Assembly (NCBI RefSeq): GCF_037042905.1
Contig: NC_087252.1
Span: forward strand, 3,350,001-3,414,000
Direction: 5' to 3'
DNA length: 64,000 nt
DNA from: Lytechinus pictus
Lineage: Eukaryota
Each line of letters begins with the position of its first letter. Position 1 is the first letter of the stretch. The position numbers were made by a program, and so were the translations under genes. The notes below the pieces were generated by a model, which had not been told where the DNA came from, made no database searches, and saw only the letters and a program-made list of their open reading frames with translations. Of this stretch, positions 1 to 13,600 are shown one piece after another.

Positions 1-797
1 GAATCCGAATCAATCTGCATACTTTACGTGCAATGCCACCCGTGGGCGCCGTATTTTAACAGATTATTGGCAATGCCACACAAGCACACAATCTTAACGT
101 ACTTGTGCATTAATTATACATTTTCTGTTAAAGTTAACCTCTGCTACAATCTTAGATTAGCTATAACTTTGCTCTCCGAAATCGGATATGCATGAATGAC
201 ATATCATATTAAAGCATTTATTTAGATCAAGCTAGTGATAACCACAATAACCAGTTAAACATCTCCAGTAAATTGTTATACAACAAAAACGGTCCAAAAC
301 ATGCATAACTTTCATGTTGTTATCTACGTCATTATTAGTGTAGAAACATGCATGTAGTATCGCCAGCTACGACAAAATCATTATAAATCAACCAAAAATA
401 ATTTTCTACACACGAAATAAAACCCATTTCGTGACAATATATATAAATTATGCGTGAGTGTGTCTGAGTACATCATATTCATGATTACAAAGTGTGCTTA
501 GTACAATAGAGCTTTCTTGGCGAAAAAAAAAGATATTTTCGGCTTGTCAATCGTGCTCGCAATATTTCATGGGTGAGATATGAATTTTATGAGACACTGA
601 CAAGGGGTACTTTTGCAGGTCACTATATTCATGATATTAACATTTTCAGCTTATATAGATATAAACAATGAACGTGTTTATGTCTACGCAATTGTACCAT
701 CATGAAAAGTTTAACAAAAGTATATAGCTCGATTACCATACCATTATTTTGGAATGAAATAGATAATTTATAGGTGCAAATTTTCTGGTAACTTAAG

Positions 798-1480
798 GTG
801 GGCTAAATGCATGGAAAGTAGCAATTGCTGGCAATCAATTATTGTTTCAAGCACAAGCAATAGCCAAGCAAAAAATTCATGCCCCATCAATTTGTTTATT
901 TCATATGCATAACCATTTGCTAATGCTTGAACACCTTTCTTATCTGAAAAAAAAGCAATTGCTAGCGGTTTGTACAAACAAGACTCACAGAAAAGGCAGG
1001 ACTCGAAAGCAAAGATGTGGTGACCAGTACAAATTACCGCTTCTTTCATATAATATCTTTTCCTTAGACGTGGTGTCTAGCAACTTGTTTTCTTTTCAAT
1101 AAAAGTATATGTTTAGTATATGTTTAGCATATACTTTGCACTTACTAAAAAAAAGGTGCTTGTTGGCTACTCTACACCTTGGGGTTCTCTCTCAGGTGCA
1201 TAAACATGATTAAATGCAAACGCCCTCATCGAGCAAACGCTTAAGCTGCTCTGACGGAGCTCGAAAAACCCCAAGCAAGGGCTTAAACGCACAAGCAAAA
1301 TGTTTGCCCAATGCATACGCTTATTAGAAATATATAGATAGCTTAATCGTCAAGGAAGTGCTAGCAGTCAGTTAGTGACTAGCAAAAGCATTTGCTTGCT
1401 CATTTGTATGCATACGGAATCAAGCAAAAGCCAAGGAAAAGCCTAACAAAAGCAATTGCTACCTTTTATACATTTGACAC
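798..1480. mobile_element. Non-autonomous DNA transposon (MITE) with degenerate ~30-bp TIRs
   Basis: Left gtgggctaaatgcatggaaagtagcaattgct (798-829) resembles the reverse complement of 1451-1480 (gtgtcaaatgtataaaaggtagcaattgct). The interior is rich in caagcaaa/ttgct motifs. Confidence 0.55.
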
Positions 1481-1922
1481 ATTATCAAAAATATTAAAAT
1501 ACATAATAACTCTTGATATAACTATGTATCAAAACTGTTACTTGATTTGAAAGGCGTTAGAAGATGCCAGGAAGGGGGTACAAAAAAACAACAAAATGGA
1601 CTCGCAACTTCGCGGCTCACGGGTGATGGTCTTTCTGGTCAGCATAAGTCGTGAAATATGGGATCAAATCAATATTTGCTTGAAATCAACATTTGTTTTC
1701 CTGGGCTTTATGACAGGATGTTCTTAGAAATGGGCCAGGTACATGACTGTCCGATTGAATGATACTTTGCATTTATCTCAAAAGTAACTGTAAATGTCGC
1801 AAATTCACCGGAGAGAGCAGACCTGGAAGCGACATCTGACGAGGCCGAGCAGTACTCGGGACGAAACTGCCTGGTATTTAGCGGTAAGCCTGAATGCAAT
1901 AACCTCAGGAACGGTTAAGTTA

Positions 1923-2051
1923 GGGTCCCCTATAACACAAAAGTTTACGATAAATCATACACTTGATTTACTGTACATGATAGTCAATAGAATTAAACGT
2001 ACATGTAGAAAACTGTTCTACAATCATTGCTAAGTTTCGTGTTACAAGCCC
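1923..2051. mobile_element. Short MITE (Harbinger-like GGG..CCC ends)
   Basis: gggtcccctataacacaaaagtttacgat and atcattgctaagtttcgtgttacaagccc are imperfect inverted repeats. Confidence 0.4.
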
Positions 2052-2588
2052 TATAAAAGGCTATAGATCTGCTTTTCGTGTGCAAAATTATTTCATGCGA
2101 TACCAGCATGCTATTCCAAATTGTTGAAATCCAGCTTCCATGTATATACGGCAGGTCTTCATAGCAAATTAAGCCTCCATGAGCTAGCGGCGGGACTGTA
2201 CCTGTACCATGGCTATCATGACTCCAGCTGGCTGGAGACATGCGAAATGTAGATTATGACATGGATAAGAAAGTGTTTTTTTCAAACAAATCGAGTACAT
2301 ATTGACTAAGGAAAAACTTATTGAATTGAGGCTTGGATGTAGATCATCACAGTCCATCGAATCGATATTGCATTTAATGTCCATTATTGGTGGATCACTG
2401 ACAATTGATTCCATTGGTCAGATCACCTCTCCAGACAAAACCATTTCGCATGCCTTGATATGTACACAGCATGCAATAGGCCATAAACCGTCTGAATAAA
2501 ATTCAAATTTGCGGGGTTTTTTTATTTTGCCTGTTCCTGCTACACAAACGATATGCCTCTAGCACACAATGCAATGGGCAGTATATTT

Positions 2589-2889
2589 CCCGGGGGGTAC
2601 ACTTCCATTGATGAGTGGATACCAGGCGCGACCATGGGGTTTCGAAAAGCACCCTAAACAAGGGAAGTAGCTCTTTTCCAGATTATGAAAATGCATCTCT
2701 TAACAAGTGTTTGGCTTGTGACACCCTACAAGTATTGGGAACATATCCCCTTTTTTAGTATTTTAATCGTAGTTTTTGACACCCTTATAACGCTAGATAG
2801 GCCTATTCGTAACATACTTACCCACTCTTTCCCTTTTTACGTGTGGTCGCTCCTGGTATCCACTCTTCAATGAAAGTGGGCCTCCCGGG
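2589..2889. mobile_element. MITE with ~50-bp TIRs (CCCGGG ends), same family as 55597-56045
   Basis: Left cccggggggtacacttccattgatgagtggataccaggcgcgacca versus right-end reverse complement cccgggaggcccactttcattgaagagtggataccaggagcgacca. Confidence 0.8.
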
Positions 2890-3291
2890 CGGCCTCTCGA
2901 GCTCTGGGAGGAACCAAATGTGGATTTGGAAAATCGTCCTAAATCGGATATATCGCTGTTACCATAAGTAGCAACCAAAATTTTGCACCTGAAACTCAAA
3001 TTGAATGTTTCCGTTCCAGATGCGAAACGAAAAATAAAATCTCATGTCACACAATTTGCATTGCAGGACAGAGTTTTACGACCATGACGACGGGCCCAAA
3101 AGTCTCTTCCAAAATGAACTACCGTCCAAAATAAGCGTTCGCGTTCTTCCAACGAAAGGTCGGGAACGGGAACACAGACGAACAGATCGTTTAGAGCAGA
3201 GTCTCGGGATCAAGCTTAAAACGTCCGACTTCGGCTGGTTTTCCCATCGCCTTCATTAGATGTGAAGAGCGTCGAGATGATGTCTGTTATT

Positions 3292-3612
3292 TTATATATC
3301 ATCCAGTAACAATATCAGCATTGATGTAGCTATGGTATATCGTCCTCCTGGGACCCGTGTTCCCTTCTCTACTTTCATCGAAGAGTTTACTGTTATCTTG
3401 GAGGAGACTTCTTTTAGACCTGCTCCCCTTGTTATTACAGGTGACTTCAACATTCTTTTGGAGAACTTGACTTTGCCCAACACGATGAAGTTCAATAAAT
3501 TACTTTCCAGTTACATGTATAGCATTGTTCACATGATAACATCACCTACGCACGAACGATCATCTGGCAGAGATATTTTCTCTGGTCTTCGTGTAATCCC
3601 TGGCATTTCGGA
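3292..3612 (+). mobile_element. LINE (CR1/L2 group) AP-endonuclease fragment
   Basis: Translation contains VYRPP, LVITGDFN and ITSPTH, all APE motifs of CR1/L2 ORF2. Truncated on both sides. Confidence 0.75.
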
Positions 3613-4285
3613 CTGGCATAGACCCCTAGATCTAGGGTCTATCCTTTTTTTTATTTGATAGAGTTTAGAATCCTAAGTTAGATCTAGATCAAGATAAGTT
3701 AGAATCTAGTCTTGCATTTCAGATCACACACTTTATTAGGTTATCTAGAATCTAGAGTTCTAACTTACATGTGCAACAGTTAGGTCTTTACAGCTTTATT
3801 GTAACTGTCAATATTTGTGTGATAATTTTACAGTTGTGCGTGCCATGACAAATTTGTTGTCAGCGACATGAACGATTCGTCATGCAGCGGGTTTCCGCGC
3901 CGTGCTATCATACCAAATTAATGTTCATGCATGACAAAATATTTGTCGTACATTACGAATTAAAGGAAAATGAAAGGATAGATTTATTATCTGGTCATAA
4001 ACGCATTCTACCACTACATACCTATATAACTGAAATTACATACATTTGTTTGATACAATGGATCAGGGGCGAATGATTGGAGGTATTTTCCTTGATTTAC
4101 GTAAAGCTTTTGATGTTATACCACACAATTTCATTCTTTGACAACTTAGTAACGGATATAAATGGATAAAAGTATATTTGACAGACAGGAGACAGTTTAT
4201 CGTAGCAAATAATTGTATCAGTAAAAGTGTAAAAGTTAGATCAGGCGTCCCACATGGATCCATATTAGGTCCATTGATATTTTTA

Positions 4286-5759
4286 TATATATAATGTTTT
4301 TATTGTCCAACTTAATGGAAATTCATTTTGTTTACATGCAAACATACAAATTACAAATATACATAATCAAGGAGAGACAAAATTAATACATAATACTGGC
4401 ATGCACGTAATACATTCGTTCTTATACATAAGACGATTAAAAGAGTATAACGAGATCATTGCTGAAATAAGAACAACAAGAAGGCATATTCGGTGTAATT
4501 ATCATCACCATCATTCTAAAACTGTTAAATGAGTAAAAGTATCAGGTCATTTTATTTTCTTTATTTATTTATAACTTGAAGCATAATTCACATATAAAAA
4601 ATCCACAACTCTACATTGACCATGATGTCGATACTATTATTAGTATTGCAATCATTATAGTTGCTGTTATTATTATTATTATCATTATTATCATTACTAT
4701 TATTACTATTACTACTACTATCATTACTCTTTACATTTGTGGCAGTTATTGTATTAAAGAGGAGACATAGATGGCAATATTGAAGGGTAAGTGTAATTCT
4801 GCAATAAGGTGACTTGTTTTCTATTTAATGGTTCAGAAGACGAATTGAGAAAGGAATAAAAGAATTTCCGTAACGGCTCGTTCTTGCCTTAACTGATTCC
4901 CACCTTCTTCCACTACGAAGTAGTTTGTATTTCTTATTTAATGGATGGGAGTGATCACTGACTATTGCTTGGGCTTTGTCAACTACCTTTCCTTAACATA
5001 TCCTATCCAAATCTACAACGCACTTCGTAATCCTACTAGCCCGTTTCACTACTCTACACAATTTATCCTTATCCTTCTGTCTTGCACTGTGATACCAGGC
5101 AACACAGTCATGGGTGATGATACTCTGAAATAACTGATGAATAAAACCAATACAATATTCTCTCGTTTACATGAAATTGTTTCATCTTCCGAAGGAAAAA
5201 CAATCTGTGGTTGCACTTGAGTGTGGTAGCTTTAGTCTGCTCGGGCCAATCAAGTTTGTCATCAACAATAGTGCCTAGATACTTATAACTATGGACAATT
5301 TCAATTGGATGACCATCGATGTGAATAGGGAATTCTACAGGATCACAAGATTTCTTCATCCTGAAGTCAAAGATGATTTCTTTAGTTTTGTTAGAATTCA
5401 ACACCAGATGGTTCTCAGTGCACCAACTACCAAAAGAGGATATGCTCTCCCTATATTCTAACTCACTCTCTTTTATCAGGCCTACAATGACAGTATCATC
5501 GGCATATTTCAAAATACGAACCGACGGAATATTGGAAATACAGTCATTAGTATATAATATATAGAGAACAGGTGAGAGAACACACCCCTGAGGAGACCCT
5601 GTGTTCGTTGTAAGTACGTTGGAGAGTACATCATTAACCTTAACCCTCTGGGTTCTACCATGTAAGAAGTCATAGATCCATAGAATCAGTGACGGTTTCA
5701 CATCCAAGAAACTTAATTTTTCTATTAGCTTATATGGCTGGATGGTAGTCTACAATTGT
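4286..5759 (-). mobile_element. 5'-truncated Rex1/Babar-like LINE (RT C-terminal half + 3' UTR) inserted into the L2/Crack element
   Basis: ORF 5108-5707 has WIYDFL, TGSPQGCVLSPVLYILYTNDC, KYADDT, YKYLG and RLFFLRK. A C-terminal FIPFSIRLLN lies near 4835-4865. Confidence 0.85.
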
Positions 5760-6081
5760 ATTTGTATCAATGATATTGAGTATCTTGAATGTGAATGTTA
5801 ATTCAACAATGTCTTTATGCAGATGATACTGCTCTGTTCTGTCATGATGTATTATCTAAGGAGGTTAAAATAAATCTTCAAAGTGATTTTGATGCTATTT
5901 GTAACTGGCTCAATCTTACCCCTAAACCAAAAGTCATGACTTTGAGACATAGGAAATGATTGAAAATGATGCTTTAATGATAAAATATAGAAATTATCCC
6001 ATAGAAAATGTAAATGTGATCAAATACTTGGGTGTAAGAATTGACTCTGGTATGTATCGAGTATCATTGTTAATTTATCTC

Positions 6082-6508
6082 GTATGGCATGATCCCCCAA
6101 GTTTGCGCAGTCCCTCTCGTCTGCCCACGTGTATCTGCGCAATTCTCGTAAAAGAAGATACGCAACTAAGATAAACTTTACACATGCAATACATCGACAG
6201 AGGTTCATCAAAAAATCTGATTGAAAATGGTGAAAAAATAATGAATTTTGTGCATTTCTTGTGACGGCCCCAAATTACAGCGCAAAAAACGGGGCACATT
6301 TTCTTTGTTCCATCTGAAAATGACTGCCCGAGCTTTTTTTCCATGAAAATCATATATTTCTTACGAATTTCAATGAGATATTTGTCACACTTACTCATCA
6401 TGACGTAAGGAACATTATCAAGTGAAAGATTCGGTGAAGTAAAAAGAAATTCATGTTAAATCTTAACCAAAATCGTTAGGTACGCAGACTTGGGGATCAC
6501 TGTCATAC
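6082..6508. mobile_element. MITE with ~28-bp TIRs inserted in the L2/Crack RT
   Basis: gtatggcatgatcccccaagtttgcgca versus right-end reverse complement gtatgacagtgatccccaagtctgcgta. Confidence 0.7.
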
Positions 6509-7118
6509 TATAGGTTGTGTAAAGGGAATCAAACAATTCCTTCCGCATAGGATTCTTAAGAATTTATATTTTGTTATGATTGTACCTTATATTGATTATT
6601 GTTGTATATTTTGTGGAAGCTGTGCAAAAACAAACATAAATAAGGTACAAAAACTGCATAATGCCTATGTCCGAATAGTGTGCCGTAGTTGCTAACTTGC
6701 AGTGTAATGATATATCCTATGCATTAATAATATCAAAATCAAAGATTTGTTAATTTCTTAATATTGCTCATTGCTCATTCACATAGGACTTGCAGACTGA
6801 CTGGTCTGATTTAAATCGATCCCTTATATAAAAAGAAAATGCACGTCTCTCCATGCCTTCAAATGAAATGAAATGTAGATGAAATGATTCCATGATAATT
6901 GTTGATTCATTCTGTATGTATATAATCAGGGCCGTATCACATGCTAACAGATTTTAAATTTTTAGAATTGAATTAGTGTCATTTGTTGAATACTTTAAGG
7001 TAAATTATACAAAGATATTTGCACTGTAAAAATAAACATTTTGGAACAAAATAGAAAGGCTAGTGTGCCGAAGTTGCTAACTTGCAGTGTAATGATATGC
7101 CCTATGCATTAATAATAT

Positions 7119-7186
7119 GTCTGTAAAGCGCTTAGAGACGTCGTTCCGATGTATTAAGCGCTATATAAATGCGGAATATTATTATT
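7119..7186 (+). mobile_element. 5'-truncated SINE 3' tail with 11-bp target-site duplication
   Basis: gtctgtaaagcgcttagagacgtcgttccgatgtattaagcgctatataaatgcgga matches the tail of the SINE at 42900-43272. It is flanked by attaataatat at 7108-7118 and 7187-7197. Confidence 0.8.
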
Positions 7187-7379
7187 ATTAATAATATCAA
7201 AATCAAAGCTTTGTTAATTTTTAATTGACCTTCTGTGCAAGATGTCTCAACTAAAATTTCAAGAGTGCTACTGCATGTACCTCTTTCAGCCATTAAAAAT
7301 ATTACAGAAAATTGAAGTTATCTTTATCTTGTATGTTATTCTATATCATATTAAACGTCTTGGTTTTGATGACCAAGTT

Positions 7380-8090
7380 GTTAGCAAGTGATTTAAGTCG
7401 GCAGTATCTGTAAGGTCCTTTTCACAGTTCAGGAGCAGCAGGTTGCCCACTCGCCGGTCTCCCATCTATAACAGTTCTTAATAAACTTCATATGGCTGAA
7501 CGTGCGTTCATCCTTTGCAACACTTATTGGTGCTGTCATGAGAAGGTTGTAAGCATTCCAAGTGAGAGGAAGAATCGACTTCTTCTCAAATGCCAAAGTG
7601 GCTGCGTCATCTTGCCACTGCCATGTCATGGAAGCATTCTAGTTCCACTTTCAATGCCTCGTGATCTACTTCTTTTGGAAAGAGTCTACAAAAGTCATCA
7701 ACAGCTGCCATAGTTGGAGTTGCTGGCGTTGGAGGCAAGAGCAAACGTGACATTGCCTTCACTTTGTCAAGTGTTGGCTGCATTTCTTCTTGAAATGCAG
7801 TATCAGTGTATCCAATACGCCCTTGAACTCTTTCCTGTAGAATGCATGGAGTGATAATGCTTCTACAGTGTGAGGAGCGTCATCAAGCTTTGCTGGTTGG
7901 CGTCTAACGCGATGGTGCCTCTGGTAGTCCTGCTAAATGTCCAATTGTCCAAAAAATCTTCAGCGACAGAATTTAGTAAAAATAACATTTTTGTGTTTTT
8001 TGCCAACTGCAAACTTGTAGACAAGTCTACAAGTTGTAGACTTGTCTTCATGAATTTGCCAACTGCAGTGTTACCAGTTATTTAAGTCAT
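7380..8090 (-). mobile_element. Degenerate hAT transposase C-terminal (hATC dimerisation) remnant
   Basis: YNLLMTAPISVAKDERTFSHMKFIKNCYR resembles the hATC motif LLTxPVTVASxERSFSKLKLIKNYLR. The surrounding frames are broken. Confidence 0.65.
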
Positions 8091-8484
8091 GTGTTCTGAT
8101 CTTATCAGATCTGAAACGGGGCAGTACTTGTACGTCACTTTGCTAACTGGTAGAGTGTATAGTGTTCTGCCACTTTAATAGGCCCACTTTATAAATTGCC
8201 AACTATAGTAACTCTGGCTTTGATTGTTCAACTTAAACCTTGGAAATTCATCCCACTCATATTTCTTCACCTATAGTCTTGCCTCTAATTCTACAGAACT
8301 AATGTGTTTGTTAAATCGTCAATAATTGTGGTATAATTTGCAAACTCACAAGCTTGTTTATAATGGGGGAGGACCGGTGGCTTACTTTGTGTGTTATTAT
8401 AGCTCCATCTGTTTTTTATCTTTTTTGTATTTTGCTGACTAGTAGGGCTCTAAGCCTGGCTACATGGATTTGGATTTGCCAACT

Positions 8485-9958
8485 GATTGTCTTTACTCTA
8501 TAAGTCGCAACCTTCTAATCAGTATATTTTTAGATCTATCAAAAGCTTTTGATTGTATTGATTTTAATATCTTATTACATAAATTGTATTTTTATGGAAT
8601 TAGAGGGACTCCATTGTTATTATCGAAAAGTTATTTATTAAATCGTAAGCGATATGTGAGCATGTGCAATAATTCATCAGCATATAGCAATATACAAATG
8701 GGTGTACCCCAGGGATCTAATCTAGGCCCATTATTATTTTTATTGTATATACATGACTTGCCAAGTGTTAGCAGTATTTTATCATTTATTTTCTTTGCTG
8801 ACGACACAACAATATTTTTATCTGGTAATGATCCTTTTAATGTGAATTTTATATTAAATACTGAAACAGCCAAAATTCAACGATGGTTTCTTGCCAATAA
8901 ACTTTTTATTAATTTCGAAAAAACAAATTATGTTATTTTTAAAACACACAATTAACATATTGATAACAGTGCAATACGAATAACAATTGCCAATAAAGCA
9001 ATAAAGCAGGTTAATCAAGTAAAATGCTTAGGAGTAATTCTTGATGAAAATATGACATGGAAATATCATATAGATTACATTTGTAAAAAGATTCTAAAGT
9101 AATTGGAGTATTGAACAGAGTAAAAAAAAAAATTACCATTACGCATCCTTGTAAATATATATAATACCTTGATCTTGCCAAATTTGAATTATTGTCTGAT
9201 TGTCTGGGGTGGCTATGCCTCATATTTATTCCAAAGGATATATGTGATTCAAAAACGTGCAATAAGGGTAATAACAAATTCATTTTTTTAGAGCTCATAC
9301 ACAGATTTTTTTTTTTTAGCTAAAAATTTTAAAGGTAAATGAACTTTATGAATCGCAAATTATTTAATATATGTACAAATATTTCAATTTAAATTCTACT
9401 TTTCCATCTTGTTTTAATACTTATTTTATATTTAATAGCCGTATAAATAATTATGTAACGAGAAATTTAAACAAATTATATATACCGTTCATTCGTTATA
9501 CGCTTTCTAAATCTACAATTCGTTATAAAGGACCAAACTTGTGGAATAATTTACCGGATACTCTAAAATTATTTGTTACATTCTCATCATTGAAACGTAG
9601 ATTGAAACAAAGGCAACTGTCTACTTATAGTTAATAATTCCAACTGCCTATCTAATGGGGGGGGGGGGGGCGATGTCAATATGTTCGTGTCTCTTTTGTT
9701 TGTTTGTTTGTTTTTGGCCACTATTCTATTTGTGTTTTTAATCGTATAATGTAGTAATCAAGGGAGTCGGCTTTGACAGGTCAATGGCCTTTCTGACTTC
9801 CTACATCCGCTACATTTTATTTTCATTTCTTTTATATTTCTACCATTTCTTTTTATTGCTTGTACTGTGATTTAAATTATTTTACTCCTTTGCTGTTGTA
9901 TACTGTACATATGTTTGTATGTTTATAAAGGATGTTAAATAAATGAATTGAATTGAAG
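8485..9958 (+). mobile_element. 5'-truncated L2/Crack/Daphne-type LINE (RT, C-terminus, 3' UTR)
   Basis: IFLDLSKAFD, KLYFYGIRG, GVPQGSNLGPLLFLLYIHDL, FADDT and C-terminal YKGPNLWNNLP, interrupted by stops and frameshifts. Ends aaataaatgaattgaattgaa. Confidence 0.88.
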
Positions 9959-10694
9959 TTAATACCCCTATTTTTCTTTCCTTTTTTTTCTTTCTTTCTT
10001 TCTCTCCCCCTCTCTCCTTCTTTCTTTTTTTTTTCTCTTCCTTTCTTTCCCTCTTTTTTTTCTCCCCTATCCTCCATTGTGCCAACTGGTACATGATTTT
10101 TCCGACTGCCATGAATGTGGGGGGGGGGGGTCACACCTCCCCATACCCCCCCCCCCCCCCACCCTATCTAGCTACGGCCCTGTATATAATGTATTCCGTT
10201 TTTACTTTATTATATGTTAAATACATTGACTTGCTATGATGTTGAGTTAATTGTTAAACTGCAGGGCACCTTTGGAAAGCAGTTTTGCATAACTGAACAG
10301 GCCTACCCTGTAGTATAAATAAAGAAAACCAATAAATGGTCAGTGCCAAGGGTGATTAAGTACAAAGAAGGAGGAAAAGATGCATCAGGTCCTCTGAAAA
10401 CCAGGCGCGATCAATCCGATACGAAGTAAACTTTACACTTCGTTTGCGATTTTTTTATTAATATCATAACTCTACCAAAATCTACGCTCATTGTAACAGT
10501 GAAAGTAATAGCATTCGAGTAAAATAAACTGTTGTTTATCACATTATCACTGAGGTGAAATGTGAGTATGATTTGCCCCTTTCAGACAATTTGCATAAGT
10601 CTGCATTGTCTGAAAATGATATTTTGGTGTACAAATAGTTTTAAGTTGTGTAAAAGCTTCTCTTTTAATTTACCAGTGATATTCAGCAGGCATT

Positions 10695-13600
10695 ATGGGT
10701 GAAACTCTTAAAGTGAAATTATATTCTTTGAATGTAAGAGGCCTCGGTGATAACCTAAAACGTCGATGTGTGTTTGACTGGCTAAGAAATACTGAATTCG
10801 AAATGTTTTTTCTTCAAGAAACCCATAGCACGATTGAATGTGAAAAAATTTGGTCCAATGAATGGGGATATAAAGTTTTCTTCTCTCATGGAAAATCCAA
10901 TAGTGCAGGGGTATGCATTTTGTTGAAACCTACTTCAGGTATTACTGTACACGCAGTACACAGAGATGAATATGGTCGTACTTTGCTTTTAAATGTATCG
11001 TATGGTAACTCAAAATTTACCGTGATTAATATATATGGGCCGAACAAAGATGAGATAGCAATGTTTGAAAATTTACATTCCATGATGCAACAGTTTGGTG
11101 AGGAACCTTTTATTATAGGTGGAGACATGAATACAGTTCAAGAACCCAACATGGATCGTTACCCTAACCATACCCAACATCACCCTCATTGTTTTAATCT
11201 TATGGAATTAATAAAAGAAGACATGGACTTGATAGATATATGGCGCCATATGAACCCTTGCAAATTTCAATTTACATGGCGTTCTATGTCTGCCCAAAGT
11301 AGAATTGATTATTTTCTTATCTCTAGTACGTTGAAAGTCTTTGTAGATTGTGCTGACATACATTATGGTTACAGAAGTGACCATTCAGCTATCAGCTTGT
11401 CCATCAAACGTTGGGTTCCAAAAAGGGGCCCAGGCTTTTGGAAGATGAATACTTCTTTATTATCAAACCCTTTTTATAAATCAGATCTGAAAAAAACTAT
11501 AAATTCAGTTATTGAGGAAAACAAAGATATGGAAGCTCATAAGCTTTGGGAATATTTAAAATATGAAATAAAAAAAAAATGTATTGTTATATCTTCCAAT
11601 CACAAAAAAAAATTAAAAACCAAATATGACTCCATACTCAAAGACATGGAAAACATTCAAGATGCTTTGGCGGATAACCCTGATGACTCTTTTATAAAAG
11701 AACAGCTATTATGTAAAGAAGCAGAGTTACATCGTATGCATGAGGAGCATGTAAGGGGAATAATGGTTCGCACTAGAGCTACGTGGATATCGGAGGGAGA
11801 AAAAAACTCCCGTTATTTTTTAAATTTAGAAAAAAGAAATTTTGATAAAAAACATATACAGAAGCTGAAGAAAGGTGAAATGATTATTACCAAACCCAAA
11901 GATATATTATCAGAAGAAATGAATTTTTATGAAACATTATACGGTTCGAATAATATAAAAGATAACGATATAAAAAATGTACTCAATAATCTGGATATAC
12001 CTACAATTGGACAAGATTTAGTCGGGTTATGTGAAGGTTGTATTTTAGAAAAAGAATGTTACGATGCAATCATGTCAATGGCTTGTGATAAAACACCTGG
12101 TACCGATGGTCTACCTGTTAATTTTTATAAGATGTTTTGGGAAGATATAAAAGAACCCATTTGCAAAGTATTTAATACTTGTTATACGTTAGGTGAACTT
12201 TGCCCATCTATGAAAAGAGGAATAATAACACTTTTACCAAAAAAGGACAAGGATAATCTTTATTTAAAAATTGGCGTCCAATCTCACTCCTAAATACCGA
12301 CTATAAAATTTTGGCTAAAATTATTGCTTCAAGACTTCAAAAAGTTCTACCATCTATTATCCATTGGGACCAAACTGGATTTTTAAAGAATAGATACATC
12401 GGTGAGAATATTCGTTTACTCTTAGACTCAATATACTTATGTAAAAAAATAGAAACTAATGGTATTGTCTTCTCAATAGATTTTGAGAAGGCTTTTGACA
12501 CGGTTGAATGGAATTTTATAGACATTTGTTTAAAAAAATTTGGTCTTGGTTGCACATTTAGATCTTTTGTTAAACTTATGTATACAAACATCGAGAGTTG
12601 CATTATAAATAATGGTTTTTCATCTAAAGTGTTTAATCTCCAAAGAGGGGTAAGGCAGGGCTGCCCCCTTAGCCCATATCTTTTTTTAATAGGGGCGGAG
12701 ATATTAGGTCTTATGTTGAGACAGAGTAAACAAATTCGGGGAATTCATCTTAATGGACATGAAATACGCGTAAGTCAGTATGCTGATGACACATTGATTT
12801 ATCTTGATGCCAATGAATGTAACCTTTTAAATTGTTTTGATATTTTAACAAAGTATTCTAATATTTCAGGACTTAAGATAAACGTTAACAAGAGTAAAAT
12901 TGTAAGGCTAGGTAATTTCAAAGGCACATTATGTAGACAGTTAAATGTAGAATGGGGTGATGAAATTTTTGATTACCTTGGGATAAAAGTTCCTATACGT
13001 GATTTATCAAGTATTTTTTCAATAAATTTTGATATTAAATTGAAAGAAATCCATAAACTTTTAAAAATTAGGAATTTTCGCAATTTGACACTTTTAGGTA
13101 AGATTACTATACTGAAATCCCTGGTACTTCCAAAATTTGTTTATCTATTCAGTAACTTACCTGATCCACCTCAAAGCTTTTTTGATAACCTTCAAAAAAT
13201 ATTCTTTGAATTTTTATGGAGTGGAAAGAGAGATCGAATTAAAAGAAATATAATGTATAATGAATATGAAAATGGTGGTTTAAAAATGACACATATAAAA
13301 AGTTTTGTAATGCGCTCAAAATTTCTTGGGTCAAAAGGATATTAGATAATCAGAATAAGGGTATGTGGAAACCGTTTTTTCTTCATCAAGTAAATTCAAA
13401 CGGAGGTGAATACATTTTTTACGGTAATTTATTTGCTAATGATGTAACATTTTTTCATGTCAGCCAATTTTGGCACGATGTATTGATATCCTGGTCTTCC
13501 TATAAATATTACAACCCGGTCAAATTTAAGGAGATTTTATCTCAACCCATTTGGAATAATTCATTAGTAAAAATAGATGGTAAATTGATATTTTTCAAAC

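Larger units (their letters stand above)
4070..6700 (+). mobile_element. Degenerate L2/Crack-like LINE reverse transcriptase split into three pieces (4070-4285, 5760-6081, 6509-6700) by two insertions
   Basis: Motifs in canonical order: IFLDLRKAFD, GVPHGSILGPLIFL | ICIND, LYADDTALF, KYLGVRID | IGCVKGIKQFLP..LYFVMIVPYIDYC. Confidence 0.8.

Noticed and set aside
9877..10134. Lys/Glu/Arg-rich ORFs (also 23665-23919, 40326-40571)
   Set aside because: Purine/pyrimidine low-complexity tracts inside MITE subtermini.
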